Source: a virus
Taxonomy: Duplodnaviria > Caudoviricetes
Virus record (IMG/VR): IMGVR_UViG_3300027205_000010
Location: 1-28,571 of that record
DNA length: 28,571 nt
Reading direction: 5' to 3' (one strand)
The translations under genes were made by a program, and so were the position numbers. Below the pieces are notes generated by a model. The model was not told the origin of the DNA. It searched no databases and was given only the letters and a program-made list of their open reading frames with translations. Below are positions 8,910 through 17,453 of the stretch, one piece after another. Numbering within the stretch: position 1 is the stretch's first letter; every line of letters begins with the position of its first letter.

Positions 8910-10111
8910 CTTATAAAATATAAACCTTTTGTTGGGTTGGCTAATTGGTAAGATACCGCATAACGCAATGCATCAATGGCGTGGTTATGCGCATCTTGTG
9001 GTGTTTTTGACTTTTTTTCCAACCACGAATAGTTGTTTAGTTCTTTAATCAAATCAATACTATCTTCTGATATTACCAAGTCATAATCTTGTAATAAACT
9101 GATTCCATAAATTACGCTATCCGCTCCTTTGATTGTTGGAACTACATTATTACCAAGTGCGTTTAGTTCGCTTATAAGTCTCGGTTCTGAGTTGTCACCA
9201 ACTATTAAATCCTTTTCCGCAAAGTCTGAATTCAATCGTGCAATTTGACTTGTCGTTAATGCTTGTTTATAAAATAGTAACTTGACGTAAATAACTTTGT
9301 TTGCTTTGTCTATGTTTGTTTTTACTAAAGTCGTAGGGTCTGCGCTGAATCCGTAATCTTGTCCGTAAACATTTGTTCCTATTTCTCTAAATTGTCCGAT
9401 TTTCCAATTGGTAAATATTACACCTTCGGCTTTGTCCAACCAACCCCCTAAAATTGTGTGCTTGTATTTTTCGGGTCTTCGTGTTTTTATATGTTCGACT
9501 TGGTTTAAAAATGATTCCGATAAATTCTCAAGGTTGTCTAAGTAAGTCGTATGTATGTAAGTGGTATCGTTTTTTATTAGCGTTGCCCCTTGTTCTATTC
9601 CTTTGCTTTCAAAAAACTTGTCGTAAATAAAATGTTCCTTTGTCGTGGGGTTGAGAATAAGTATAACTCGGTTTTGTTTTGTCTTATGCCTAATTGATAA
9701 ATCTATTTTATCAAAGGTGTCTTCGTCCGTTAGTTCTTCAGCTTCGTCAAGTACCCAAGTCGTAACACCTTGCAAAGATTTAAGGTTTGCCGTTTGAGTT
9801 CCAGAACTTGTTTTAATTCCTTTAAAGATTATTTTGCTACCCGTTTGCAAATTTATTATTTCGTCTTTTGTTACAAGAAAATTTTCTTGCATATCCATCA
9901 GCTCTATTTTTTCTATGAATTCGGGAATGATTGATATACCCGCACTAACTAAAGTGTAACGAGTAAACAAAACAACGTGTCCGCTTTCCTTTGTAAGCAA
10001 TAATAAGAACGTGGTAACGCTATACGACTTCGACGAACCCCGACCACCCGTTACAATAAAGTAACGAGAGTCACTACCTAAATAATTAAACTTCGGGTTT
10101 AATACTATCAA
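8906..10111 (-). CDS. terL: Terminase large subunit (PBSX-like)
   Basis: Walker A GGRGSSKS, Walker B WVLDEAEE, coupling motif LNP, nuclease motifs GQDYG and HAIDALRY. Confidence 0.95.
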   Translation of the reverse strand: MIVLNPKFNYLGSDSRYFIVTGGRGSSKSYSVTTFLLLLTKESGHVVLFTRYTLVSAGISIIPEFIEKIELMDMQENFLVTKDEIINLQTGSKIIFKGIKTSSGTQTANLKSLQGVTTWVLDEAEELTDEDTFDKIDLSIRHKTKQNRVILILNPTTKEHFIYDKFFESKGIEQGATLIKNDTTYIHTTYLDNLENLSESFLNQVEHIKTRRPEKYKHTILGGWLDKAEGVIFTNWKIGQFREIGTNVYGQDYGFSADPTTLVKTNIDKANKVIYVKLLFYKQALTTSQIARLNSDFAEKDLIVGDNSEPRLISELNALGNNVVPTIKGADSVIYGISLLQDYDLVISEDSIDLIKELNNYSWLEKKSKTPQDAHNHAIDALRYAVSYQLANPTKGLYFIR

Positions 10112-10430
10112 TTTTAAATAAGTCTTTTACGTCAAAGTCTGAGACGTTTAGGTTTGTGTCGGTTGTTTGTTTAGGCGCTCCAAATGCGCTATCCATTATT
10201 GCTTTGTATGCGTTTACGTCTCCTTTACTTGCTTTGTTTAACATCGCTAACGTAATCATTTCTTCTTGACTTAATGATTCTATTTCGCCCGTTAGAACGT
10301 TCTTATGTTTAGTAATTAAATCTAAATATTGTCGTGCTATCGTACTGCGGTTCTTTGAACCTTTTGGTCTTCCGTTTGGATTAGCATTATTGTTTTTACC
10401 AAAAGGTTTTAAATTTTCTTCGTTAGCCAT
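10086..10430 (-). CDS. Terminase small subunit candidate (DUF5681-like)
   Basis: NPNGRPKGSKNRST N-terminal motif and A.KGDV.A helix; directly upstream of and overlapping terL. Confidence 0.7.
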   Translation of the reverse strand: MANEENLKPFGKNNNANPNGRPKGSKNRSTIARQYLDLITKHKNVLTGEIESLSQEEMITLAMLNKASKGDVNAYKAIMDSAFGAPKQTTDTNLNVSDFDVKDLFKIDSIKPEV

Positions 10431-10439
10431 TTTTCACGT

Positions 10440-10589
10440 TTATTTCTCGATTGTTTTACTTTCAGATTGCATTTTTCTTTTTAACTTTTTTAATTCTTTT
10501 GTAATTTCTAAATGGTGCATATTTGTTTTTATCCATTCTTCGGTTACAACCTTTTTATTTAAGTAAGCCATTGCGTTACTTAGTCTCAT
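10440..10589 (-). CDS. Small hypothetical protein (49 aa, MRLSNAMAYLNKK...)
   Basis: Manual translation; fills the gap and overlaps the upstream stop. Confidence 0.5.
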   Translation of the reverse strand: MRLSNAMAYLNKKVVTEEWIKTNMHHLEITKELKKLKRKMQSESKTIEK

Positions 10590-10989
10590 TTTCGTCTTTG
10601 TATTCGTTTACAACTTTGCTTAATCCGTTTACTACTTCTCGTAAACAACTTCCGCAACTTGTCGGTTGCCTTCTTTGTGAAAAGACACGGTTGTAAATTT
10701 TAAGTAGTTCCCTTTGTTCGCTTGGAATTAAAACGTTCTTTGCTAAAACTTTGGTTGTTGTTAAATATTTGTATTCCGCCTGGGTCAAACATTTTGGTTT
10801 TAAGTAAGGGAATAGTTTATTTAATTTTTCCTTTCGTTCTTCGCAACCGCAATCTTCGCCTAATAACCATTTGGCTACTTTTGCTATTCCCGTTTTTTCT
10901 AAAACAATTTCGATTGTGTCTCCTAATCCAGTAGGTTCGATAATTGTATTTTCTTCAATGTCAATTTGTGTTAGTTTTTTCTTTGCCAT
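10576..10989 (-). CDS. Hypothetical Cys-motif protein (137 aa)
   Basis: GLGDTIE...TGI...DCGCEERKEKLN and a C-terminal CGSC; possible metal binding. Confidence 0.75.
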   Translation of the reverse strand: MAKKKLTQIDIEENTIIEPTGLGDTIEIVLEKTGIAKVAKWLLGEDCGCEERKEKLNKLFPYLKPKCLTQAEYKYLTTTKVLAKNVLIPSEQRELLKIYNRVFSQRRQPTSCGSCLREVVNGLSKVVNEYKDENETK

Positions 10990-10994
10990 AATTT

Positions 10995-11534
10995 CTATTT
11001 TATAAGTTCGTAATCTTTGTTTTTATAATCTTGGTAATTCTCTTCTATGTTTTCTTTGATTCGTGTTTTACAATATTTGAGCGTGTGGAAAATAGACGTA
11101 ACCGATATATTTGTTTCCTTGCTTATTTCTCTCATTGACATATCGGAATCTTTGTATAAGTTAAATAACATTTGGTCGTACCAGTGCCAATCGTCTACTA
11201 TGTTTTCAACTTGGTTCAATATACAATTGAATGATTCGTGTTTTTCTACGTTTGGCGTTTCTTCTGCTAACATCGCTATTGAATCCAAATCTACTTTTTG
11301 CATTTTGTTTGCTTTATTAACGTGTTGTAAAAAAGTATTCTTGAGCGCAAACCAAACATAAGATTTATTTAAGTTTCCGTTTGTAAATAATTTTTCTTCG
11401 TTGCTCCATTTCAAAAGCATTAAATACGTTTCTTGCACTATGTCTTCAGCAAAGAAATATTCGCCAAATGAGTTAACTATCTTAACCCATTCTTTGTGGT
11501 GCTTTACTACTTTATTAATCCATTCCAATTTCAC
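10995..11534 (-). CDS. Phage-encoded sigma70/ECF-like RNA polymerase sigma factor
   Basis: Region-2-like AEDIVQETYL and region-4 HTH MSMREISKETNISVTSIFHTLK; 179 aa, ECF size. Confidence 0.8.
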   Translation of the reverse strand: MKLEWINKVVKHHKEWVKIVNSFGEYFFAEDIVQETYLMLLKWSNEEKLFTNGNLNKSYVWFALKNTFLQHVNKANKMQKVDLDSIAMLAEETPNVEKHESFNCILNQVENIVDDWHWYDQMLFNLYKDSDMSMREISKETNISVTSIFHTLKYCKTRIKENIEENYQDYKNKDYELIK

Positions 11535-11551
11535 TTTGCTTAAATATTAAT

Positions 11552-11584
11552 CAAATATATGTTTATTTTTTCAACAAGTAACAA
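11552..11584 (-). promoter_or_regulatory. Bacteroidetes housekeeping-type promoter for the sigma gene
   Basis: TTG-N22-TATATTTG on the minus strand, directly after a terminator. Confidence 0.55.
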
Positions 11585-11613
11585 AAAATCTTATCAACAA
11601 ACTTTTGTTAAAT

Positions 11614-11635
11614 AAAAAACCCCTAATTAAAGGGG
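11614..11635 (-). terminator. Rho-independent terminator
   Basis: CCCCT-TTAATT-AGGGG followed by TTTTTT, just after the 11643 stop. Confidence 0.75.
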
Positions 11636-11642
11636 CGTAAAC

Positions 11643-11846
11643 TTATTGTAGTTTCAATCGGTAAATATACTTGTCTAACTTCTTTGCGGTTTCTAAACTT
11701 ACGTCTTTACCTTGTAAAAATCGGTCTATATTGTATTGATGGAATTTTTCCCCTCTACCTTTTATTTCTTTTACAACTTGGTTTCGTGTTCGTGTTTTTA
11801 GTGCCTCAATTAAACAAGCTCGTAAATTATAATCGTCTATTAACAT
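11643..11846 (-). CDS. Small HTH-like hypothetical protein (67 aa)
   Basis: Start reassigned to ATG 11846 (MLIDDYNLR...). QYNIDRFLQGKDVSLETAKKL resembles an XRE-type HTH C-terminus. Confidence 0.55.
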   Translation of the reverse strand: MLIDDYNLRACLIEALKTRTRNQVVKEIKGRGEKFHQYNIDRFLQGKDVSLETAKKLDKYIYRLKLQ

Positions 11847-11881
11847 CGGTCTAAATTTATTTCGTTTTCTTGTAAACTTTA

Positions 11882-12205
11882 TTAAAATGGTAAATCGTCC
11901 GAACAATCCAATGCAACTTCTTTAACCGCACCTTCAACTGCGTTAATTTGCCAACCTTCAATCGTGTTGAAATACTTTATTTCGCCTTGTGGACTTTTCC
12001 ATTCACGCCCTCGTAAATTAATGCTTACTTCGACTTGTTCGCCAACGTTATTTTGCGTTATCAACTCGGTTTTGTCTTGTGTAAATTGAATAGTTATGTA
12101 CTGCGGAAACTTTTCGTCCGTTAATAATACTACGTCTTTACTTTTGAATTTTTCGCTTACTTTTCTAAGCGTTCCCACGTTGTGGATTTTTCCCGTTACT
12201 TTCAT
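11882..12205 (-). CDS. DUF3127-like single-stranded DNA-binding protein
   Basis: PQYITIQF.QDK...V.INLRGREW...YFNTIEGW and an acidic DDLPF tail. Confidence 0.85.
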   Translation of the reverse strand: MKVTGKIHNVGTLRKVSEKFKSKDVVLLTDEKFPQYITIQFTQDKTELITQNNVGEQVEVSINLRGREWKSPQGEIKYFNTIEGWQINAVEGAVKEVALDCSDDLPF

Positions 12206-12294
12206 TTTTTTAAGTAATTATAAGTTAGTGCAATAGTGCAAACCCAACCCCAAACAATTGCTGGGGTTAAAAGTATTGTTAAAAGTGTTATCAT
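12202..12294 (-). CDS. 30-aa single-TM microprotein (MITLLTILLTPAIVWGWVCTIALTYNYLKK)
   Basis: Manual translation; ATGA overlaps at both ends. Confidence 0.6.
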   Translation of the reverse strand: MITLLTILLTPAIVWGWVCTIALTYNYLKK

Positions 12295-12965
12295 TTTAAG
12301 TTGTTTAGTAAATTATCGTAATATTCTCTGCATTCTTCTATTCGTGTTTTGATATTCTCAATAATAACATCGTCTTTTACTATTTTAAACGTTTTTAAGC
12401 GCTTTTCTTTTGGTATATGTCCAAATGTATGTTTTGATTGCACAAAGGCTCTTAAATCTAAACTTTCTTCAATCAAACTTGCCTTCCAATGTTCCCTTCT
12501 TATTTCGTCTTCGACTATTTGTAATGGCGTGTCAATTAAGCAATAGCATAAAAGCGCTTCCGTTTTATTCGTAAGCCAAAGGTAGCCTTGCAATTGATAA
12601 AGATAGTCTTTATTTTTTAATTCAGTATCGAAAAAAGGAAACGTTGTAGCGTCCCAACTACTCTTTACATCAAGTAAAATTTCGTCCGTGTTTACGTCGG
12701 GCGTTCCAGAAATCCAATCGTTTGAAAAGTGTTCTTCGTTTTTGTAAATGAATCCTAAATTTAAAACATCATTGCATAAAGCAATTGATAATTCTTCGAC
12801 TTCGTTCCCTTTGTCGGTGTAACGTGAACTAAATTCTTTGCGTATTCCGTAAACTTCTTCAACTGCTAATTCTTGTAAATAAGTTTTAGTGGTTTGGCTT
12901 AACTTTTCTCCTTTTGTTTTGGGGTTCGTCATTATTTTGCCTATTGAACTACATCTGATTTTCAT
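12291..12965 (-). CDS. YqaJ/lambda-exonuclease-like PD-(D/E)xK nuclease
   Basis: KG..VE, GTPD, LLDVKS and YQLQGY motifs; adjacent to ERF. Confidence 0.8.
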   Translation of the reverse strand: MKIRCSSIGKIMTNPKTKGEKLSQTTKTYLQELAVEEVYGIRKEFSSRYTDKGNEVEELSIALCNDVLNLGFIYKNEEHFSNDWISGTPDVNTDEILLDVKSSWDATTFPFFDTELKNKDYLYQLQGYLWLTNKTEALLCYCLIDTPLQIVEDEIRREHWKASLIEESLDLRAFVQSKHTFGHIPKEKRLKTFKIVKDDVIIENIKTRIEECREYYDNLLNNLK

Positions 12966-13489
12966 AACTCAAGGGTTTTTAATTGTTCTGGCGTTAATTC
13001 GAAAGTCTTTGTAAGTTCGTCCATTGTGTAACCGCCGTCGCTTATTGCCTTAATTGCCTTTGCAAGTCTTTTATCGTCAATAGCAACCTTTTTAGTTTCG
13101 TTTTTTGGTTCGTTCTTAACTTGTTCGCCACCTGCGTCCGTATCTTTGTCGGTAACTAATCCCAAACAACTTGATAAAGAGTACCTTCTCAAGTAGGTAC
13201 AAGCACTTCCAAAAACTTGGAAATCATTCATTCCTTTTAATTGTACGTTTTGCGGAATCGACGTTTTGCTTTCGAGCGTTTCCCCGCTTTCAACGTGAAA
13301 AATAATTGTTATTAAGTCCGTGCCGTGAATCAATTGTGTAAACCCTAAGCCGTGCTTTTTTAACAAGGGGTTTATTACTTCAAAGATTTTTGGAAGGTCT
13401 GCGTAAGTGTAGCCGTAACCTTGCGTCGCTTTGTGAATCGTTGGAACTTCTTGTTGAAATTCCGCTAAACTTTTAAATAAGTGTTTCAT
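12962..13489 (-). CDS. erf: ERF family single-strand annealing protein
   Basis: YTYADL...PLLKKHGL...HVESGE...Q.FGSACTYLRRYSL...GL..DKDTD, the ERF signature. Confidence 0.9.
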   Translation of the reverse strand: MKHLFKSLAEFQQEVPTIHKATQGYGYTYADLPKIFEVINPLLKKHGLGFTQLIHGTDLITIIFHVESGETLESKTSIPQNVQLKGMNDFQVFGSACTYLRRYSLSSCLGLVTDKDTDAGGEQVKNEPKNETKKVAIDDKRLAKAIKAISDGGYTMDELTKTFELTPEQLKTLEL

Positions 13490-13521
13490 TTTTATTGGTT
13501 TTATTGGTTAGTAATTATATG

Positions 13522-13549
13522 CAAATATAACAATTTAATTAATATGCAA
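13522..13549 (-). promoter_or_regulatory. Bacteroidetes housekeeping-type promoter for the recombination operon
   Basis: TTG-N17-TATATTTG upstream of erf. Confidence 0.65.
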
Positions 13550-13557
13550 CTATTTTT

Positions 13558-13911
13558 TTAATTTATTTTTAAGAAATCTATTATTGGTAATAAAATTCCT
13601 TTGCTGGTGTTGTTGTCCCCGCCTAAAACATCGCGCTTTGTTCCTAAATATTTTCTACAAAGTATCTTTAATTCGTTTTTTTCTATTGTAATAAAATGCT
13701 TTTCGCTCAACCAATAAACCCAATAATGCGCTTCGCTTGTTGCTAATCCGCTTGGCTTGTTTCGGCTTTGATATTCAACAAAAATATTTCCCGTTTCGAT
13801 TGCCCTAAAATCCCGTTTAACTTCTATTTTTTTTTGTAGTAATTCAGCTAATTGGTTTTCGTATGTTTGTCCAACTTGTAAATCAAATCTAAAATCGTTG
13901 TTGTGCTTCAT
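13558..13911 (-). CDS. Hypothetical protein, possible PD-(D/E)xK-like nuclease (117 aa)
   Basis: IEVKRD...TGNIFVEY...PSGL..S.A.YW...GGDNNTSKG pattern. Confidence 0.55.
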   Translation of the reverse strand: MKHNNDFRFDLQVGQTYENQLAELLQKKIEVKRDFRAIETGNIFVEYQSRNKPSGLATSEAHYWVYWLSEKHFITIEKNELKILCRKYLGTKRDVLGGDNNTSKGILLPIIDFLKIN

Positions 13912-14447
13912 ATTTTATTTGTTTCGGATTCGGAAAACTTTATTTTTTCCTTATAAATGCTAATTATTTCTTTTAATTCGTCCCTTGTAAATTTTCGTGT
14001 TTCGTGTGCTTTGCCTTGTAATTCAATTAATTTTTCTGCTCCAATTCGTTTTTCTATTCCTATTTGATAGTTTAATAAATTTCCGTGTAAATATTGATTA
14101 CAATAAACGCATTGAGCGTGTACGTTGTCTTCGTCGAATGTAACGGCTTTGTGTCCGCCCATTGAATAATAATGTCCAGCGTCAAATTTTTGACCTAACT
14201 GAGTTCCGCACGAAATACATCCTTTGTTTCGGTCTCGGTTTCGTATGTAGCTATTGAAATAAGTTTGCGCTAATTTTGTAAGTTCTTGAACCGTTTGTAA
14301 TTTTTCCTTTAATTTGTTTTTTCGTGTTTTCCATTCTTTTTCTTTTTGTGAGTTAACCCAAACTTTTATGCAAGGTTCTTCTAAACAAAACTTTTGGTTG
14401 AATCTTATTGGCGTAAATTCCGCCTTGCAATTTTTACATTTTTTCAT
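13908..14447 (-). CDS. ninG: NinG/Rap-like recombination endonuclease
   Basis: N-terminal CxxC, AQ..FN.YIR.RD...CISCG...DAGHY...N.H.QC..CN. Confidence 0.9.
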   Translation of the reverse strand: MKKCKNCKAEFTPIRFNQKFCLEEPCIKVWVNSQKEKEWKTRKNKLKEKLQTVQELTKLAQTYFNSYIRNRDRNKGCISCGTQLGQKFDAGHYYSMGGHKAVTFDEDNVHAQCVYCNQYLHGNLLNYQIGIEKRIGAEKLIELQGKAHETRKFTRDELKEIISIYKEKIKFSESETNKI

Positions 14448-15058
14448 TAAAATAGTTTTAGTTGTGCTTTGTGGTTTTCTATTCTTTGCATTGCCTTATC
14501 GAAATATTCTTTGTCAAGTTCACAAGCGGTTAAATCAAATCCGTAATCGTGACAAGCTATTGCTATACTTCCGCTTCCTAAGTGAGTATCTAAGATTTTG
14601 TCTCCTTCTTTTGCGTATTTGTCTAATAGCCATTTGTAAAGTTTTATTGGTTTTTCTGTTGGGTGAAAATCTTTAATACCTACAACTCCTCTATAAATTT
14701 TTGCGTTCATATTAAATGATGTATAAGCCAACTCACACATTGCAAAACTCATCCCCTCGGCTATTTTTTTATCCCAAACAATCCACCCTCTGCTATGATT
14801 TAAATTATTTGGAAAGTAATTACCTCCCCAAATAATTTGATTTTTTGATACTCTTTTTAGTTCATTAAAATAAATATCATTAGGTACAATATCATTAAAC
14901 TTTTCAAGTCCTTTTTGTATTTTAATTTTCCTATTAGTTTCTCCTCCCGAAACTATTTTATCCATTATCCCATACGGCGGGTCTACAATAGCCAAGTCAA
15001 AATATTTATCTGGATAACGTGCCATTAATTGCATATTGTCTTCGTTCGTTATTTCCAT
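14447..15058 (-). CDS. Orphan N6-adenine/N4-cytosine DNA methyltransferase (beta class)
   Basis: Catalytic DPPY precedes HPTEKP and the SAM-binding LDTHLGSGS. Confidence 0.92.
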   Translation of the reverse strand: MEITNEDNMQLMARYPDKYFDLAIVDPPYGIMDKIVSGGETNRKIKIQKGLEKFNDIVPNDIYFNELKRVSKNQIIWGGNYFPNNLNHSRGWIVWDKKIAEGMSFAMCELAYTSFNMNAKIYRGVVGIKDFHPTEKPIKLYKWLLDKYAKEGDKILDTHLGSGSIAIACHDYGFDLTACELDKEYFDKAMQRIENHKAQLKLF

Positions 15059-15059
15059 C

Positions 15060-15344
15060 TTAAAAATTATTTATTTTAATTTCGTTTTCTAATTCCTTAA
15101 TTCTAAATTTCAACTCTAAATTTAATTGTTCTAAATTGTTTGAACTTGACGAAAATATTCGTGCTTGTTTTTCTAAAACTAAAAAAGTTGTTAAGACCTC
15201 CGATAATTCATTTTCAGTTTCCAACATCGAATTTAACAAGTCGGTTCGGTGTCCGTTTTTTTCTTCTATTTCCTCACGGCTTATTTTTAACTTTAATAAA
15301 GTTTTGCGTAAAATAGCAGTTGCGCTTAGTAGTTTAATTTCCAT
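15060..15344 (-). CDS. Hypothetical coiled-coil protein (94 aa)
   Basis: ORF tightly packed in the operon; heptad pattern. Confidence 0.7.
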   Translation of the reverse strand: MEIKLLSATAILRKTLLKLKISREEIEEKNGHRTDLLNSMLETENELSEVLTTFLVLEKQARIFSSSSNNLEQLNLELKFRIKELENEIKINNF

Positions 15345-15346
15345 TT

Positions 15347-16270
15347 TTATTTGTTTATAATTTGCTCAGTTGCGTATGCTTTTTGATATACGTTTGGCGC
15401 TGGGTTCGTTTGCTCAAAATAACTCAAACGTTCTTTGTCGAACCAAATTTCAATCATTCCAATATTTCCGTTTGAACGTGGTTTAATTTTATTAAAGTGT
15501 ATTTCCGCAAGGTTAAAAGTTGGGTCTTGTCGGTGTACGGTAATCATACATTTACCACTATTAAACCATTCCGAACCTCCTTTTAAATCGTAAGGAACGG
15601 GTGCGTTTCGTTTTCCATTTTCCTTCTCGGTTAATTTTGGGTGAATAATCGTGTGTAAATGTAAATCATTGTCTTCTGCTATTTGGTTTCGGTAAGGCAA
15701 AACATATTCTAAATATTGAGCGTAACCCCCAAATTCAGCGTAAGGGTGGTTTAAATCTTTCCAACTATCAATTGAAGCCGTGTGTAATTCTCCGTGTTTT
15801 TTTAATTCAACCGCCATATCCCAAAATTGAACGGGCGTTAATTTCGCTTTTACGTCTTTTTTAGTCAAAACTTTAAAATGGTTTAAAACCCAGTCAATCG
15901 CTTGAGTAATTTCCCTATCTTGAATAACGTTTTTATCCAAAGGGTTAAAACTTTTGCCCGTTTTTTTGTTTATTAAGTCTGCTATTATTTCAACGTTTGT
16001 GCCTACGTCGGGAAAATATACTAAATGTTTCCAGCCGTAAAATTTAGACGTATTCATTAAGCACTCCATTAAAACTTGCGTTTTACCCGACATCGGAAAA
16101 CCCGTCCAATCGGTGCAATTGCCTAAGCTCATTGAATAATGTTCGTGTAACTTAGCAAAGCCTAAATACTTTCCTTTTTGATTATAAGTATCGCGATACT
16201 TAAACAAGTCGGTTATTACGTCGCCTGCTTCGGTAATTTTATATCCATTTAACTCCACGGTGCTTTCCAT
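15347..16270 (-). CDS. SF4 (DnaB/T7 gp4-like) replicative helicase
   Basis: Walker A TGFPMSGKT, Walker B ASIDSW, IIHPK, YDLKGGSEW, KIKPR. The start is probably ATG 16270 or a nearby GTG rather than 16330. Confidence 0.8.
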   Translation of the reverse strand: MESTVELNGYKITEAGDVITDLFKYRDTYNQKGKYLGFAKLHEHYSMSLGNCTDWTGFPMSGKTQVLMECLMNTSKFYGWKHLVYFPDVGTNVEIIADLINKKTGKSFNPLDKNVIQDREITQAIDWVLNHFKVLTKKDVKAKLTPVQFWDMAVELKKHGELHTASIDSWKDLNHPYAEFGGYAQYLEYVLPYRNQIAEDNDLHLHTIIHPKLTEKENGKRNAPVPYDLKGGSEWFNSGKCMITVHRQDPTFNLAEIHFNKIKPRSNGNIGMIEIWFDKERLSYFEQTNPAPNVYQKAYATEQIINK

Positions 16271-16869
16271 TTTGAAGGTTCGTTTTTTTCTTGTATTGTT
16301 TGTATTTTGTCCCAAAACAATCCTTGCCAACCTTGTTCGATTGAATTGTTTATTACAAACTTACATTGTTCATTTGTATAATTTTCCATTTTAACTAAAA
16401 TAGAATCTATGCTTTGTTTTGTTAAAGCCTTTTTTGTTGATTTTCTATAATTAATCCAAGAATCTAAAATAAGTTCTTTTTCATTCTTTTCTTTCTTTAC
16501 ATTCTTGTTAGTGGTTACTTGCTGGTTACTTGTTGGTTCTTTAATGGTTACTTCGTTGGTTACAAGTTGATATTTAGCGTAGTTAACTACTTCAATTATA
16601 GTGCCTTGCGAGCTTGTTTTGATGGTTATTTCGTTGGTTGATTTTAACTTATCTAAAGACGTTCTTATTTGTTGAACACTTAAACCCGTTTCAATTGCTA
16701 AAATATCCCTTGACGTTATTATCGTTCCAATTTTTAACTCCAGACCTTTATATCTTTTTTGTTTGTGGTTTGCCTTAAGTAGCAAGTGTAAAAAAACACG
16801 AAAAGAATTGTTATCCGAATACCATTCCCAATCTAAAATTTGTCTATGTATTTTTATCCAACCGCTCAT
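16249..16869 (-). CDS. Phage replication initiator / replisome organiser (lambda O-like)
   Basis: MSGWIKIHRQILDWEWY N-terminus, winged-HTH-like segment, internal iterons, C-terminal SIEQGWQGLF; upstream of the helicase. Confidence 0.8.
   Translation of the reverse strand: MSGWIKIHRQILDWEWYSDNNSFRVFLHLLLKANHKQKRYKGLELKIGTIITSRDILAIETGLSVQQIRTSLDKLKSTNEITIKTSSQGTIIEVVNYAKYQLVTNEVTIKEPTSNQQVTTNKNVKKEKNEKELILDSWINYRKSTKKALTKQSIDSILVKMENYTNEQCKFVINNSIEQGWQGLFWDKIQTIQEKNEPSKWKAPWS
16512..16563. repeat. Iteron array, putative replication origin
   Basis: TGGTTACTT-like units at 16512, 16523, 16534, 16545 and 16557 (spacing 11/11/11/12), next to a strand-asymmetric AT-rich tract at about 16470-16510. 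Confidence 0.7.
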
Positions 16870-16890
16870 AATCTTAATTTGTTAGTAAAT

Positions 16891-16980
16891 AAAAAAGCCT
16901 CATATCTTCGCAGGGCTAGACTTCTGCGTCAATACAAGGCTAATAACTTCCTTCTTGGATTTATGGTGTCTAGCCAATCC
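16891..16980 (-). ncRNA. Structured 5' leader of the initiator: two hairpins with complementary loops, the second followed by a U-tract
   Basis: Hairpin 1: GGATT/AATCC stem with loop GGCTAGACACCATA. Hairpin 2: AGCCTTGTAT..CGCAG[AAGTCTAGCC]CTGCG..ATATGAGGCT then TTTTT. The loops can pair over 8 bp. Confidence 0.65.
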
Positions 16981-16985
16981 GTTCA

Positions 16986-16993
16986 CAAATATA
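16986..16993 (-). promoter_or_regulatory. Bacteroidetes -7 element for the replication operon
   Basis: TATATTTG directly upstream of the structured leader; no clear -33 element. Confidence 0.5.
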
Positions 16994-17002
16994 ACAATTA
17001 TT

Positions 17003-17410
17003 TTAATATAAATCGTTTTTATCCGAAAACTTATAAACATTATTTTGTAACCGCCTTTTAATCTTAGTCAAGTCGTAAAGGTTTTTACTTTCCATTATAT
17101 CTTGAATTAAATTCCGCTCTTTTAATTTAATTTTCTTATTCTTAAATTCTTCAAATAAATCTTTAGTGTCTATTAAGTACATTTCGTCTTTTGCTCGTTC
17201 AAACAATTCCGCTTGTGTTATTCCGTGAATTATAGTTGCGTGATTCATTCCAAAAAGTTCGGCTATTTCACGAAGAACATAATTATTTTTTCGTAAGTAA
17301 GAAAATATAAACCAACGACGATGAACTTTGTTTGGTTTCTTTGTGCGTTCCCGTAGGTTTTCAGTTTTAATTATTTCGTGTATTCGTTCAATCAAGATTT
17401 CCATAAGCAT
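17003..17410 (-). CDS. DnaA-domain-IV-like HTH protein
   Basis: LREIAELFGMNHATIIHG resembles the DnaA C-terminal signature (L.EIG..F..RDHTTV.H). Start is 17410 or 17404. Confidence 0.65.
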   Translation of the reverse strand: MLMEILIERIHEIIKTENLRERTKKPNKVHRRWFIFSYLRKNNYVLREIAELFGMNHATIIHGITQAELFERAKDEMYLIDTKDLFEEFKNKKIKLKERNLIQDIMESKNLYDLTKIKRRLQNNVYKFSDKNDLY

Positions 17411-17453
17411 AAGTTATTAAGCATAAGTAAATGTATTCAATTAGTGTTTTCAT
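17388..17453 (-). CDS. Possible 21-aa peptide (MKTLIEYIYLCLITYAYGNLD)
   Basis: ATGA overlap with the upstream stop; bridges the gap. Confidence 0.35.
   Translation of the reverse strand: MKTLIEYIYLCLITYAYGNLD

Noticed and set aside
10022-10048. Terminase Walker A GGRGSSKS as an inactivating change
   Set aside because: The Lys-Ser pair and all other motifs are intact; such variation is compatible with PBSX-type terminases.
11590-11613. dif-like site (TTTTGTTAAAT resembles an XerD arm)
   Set aside because: No plausible XerC arm at the 6-bp spacing.
13491-13509. Tandem TTATTGGTT repeat before erf
   Set aside because: Two short copies within an A-rich translation initiation region; not distinguishable from chance.
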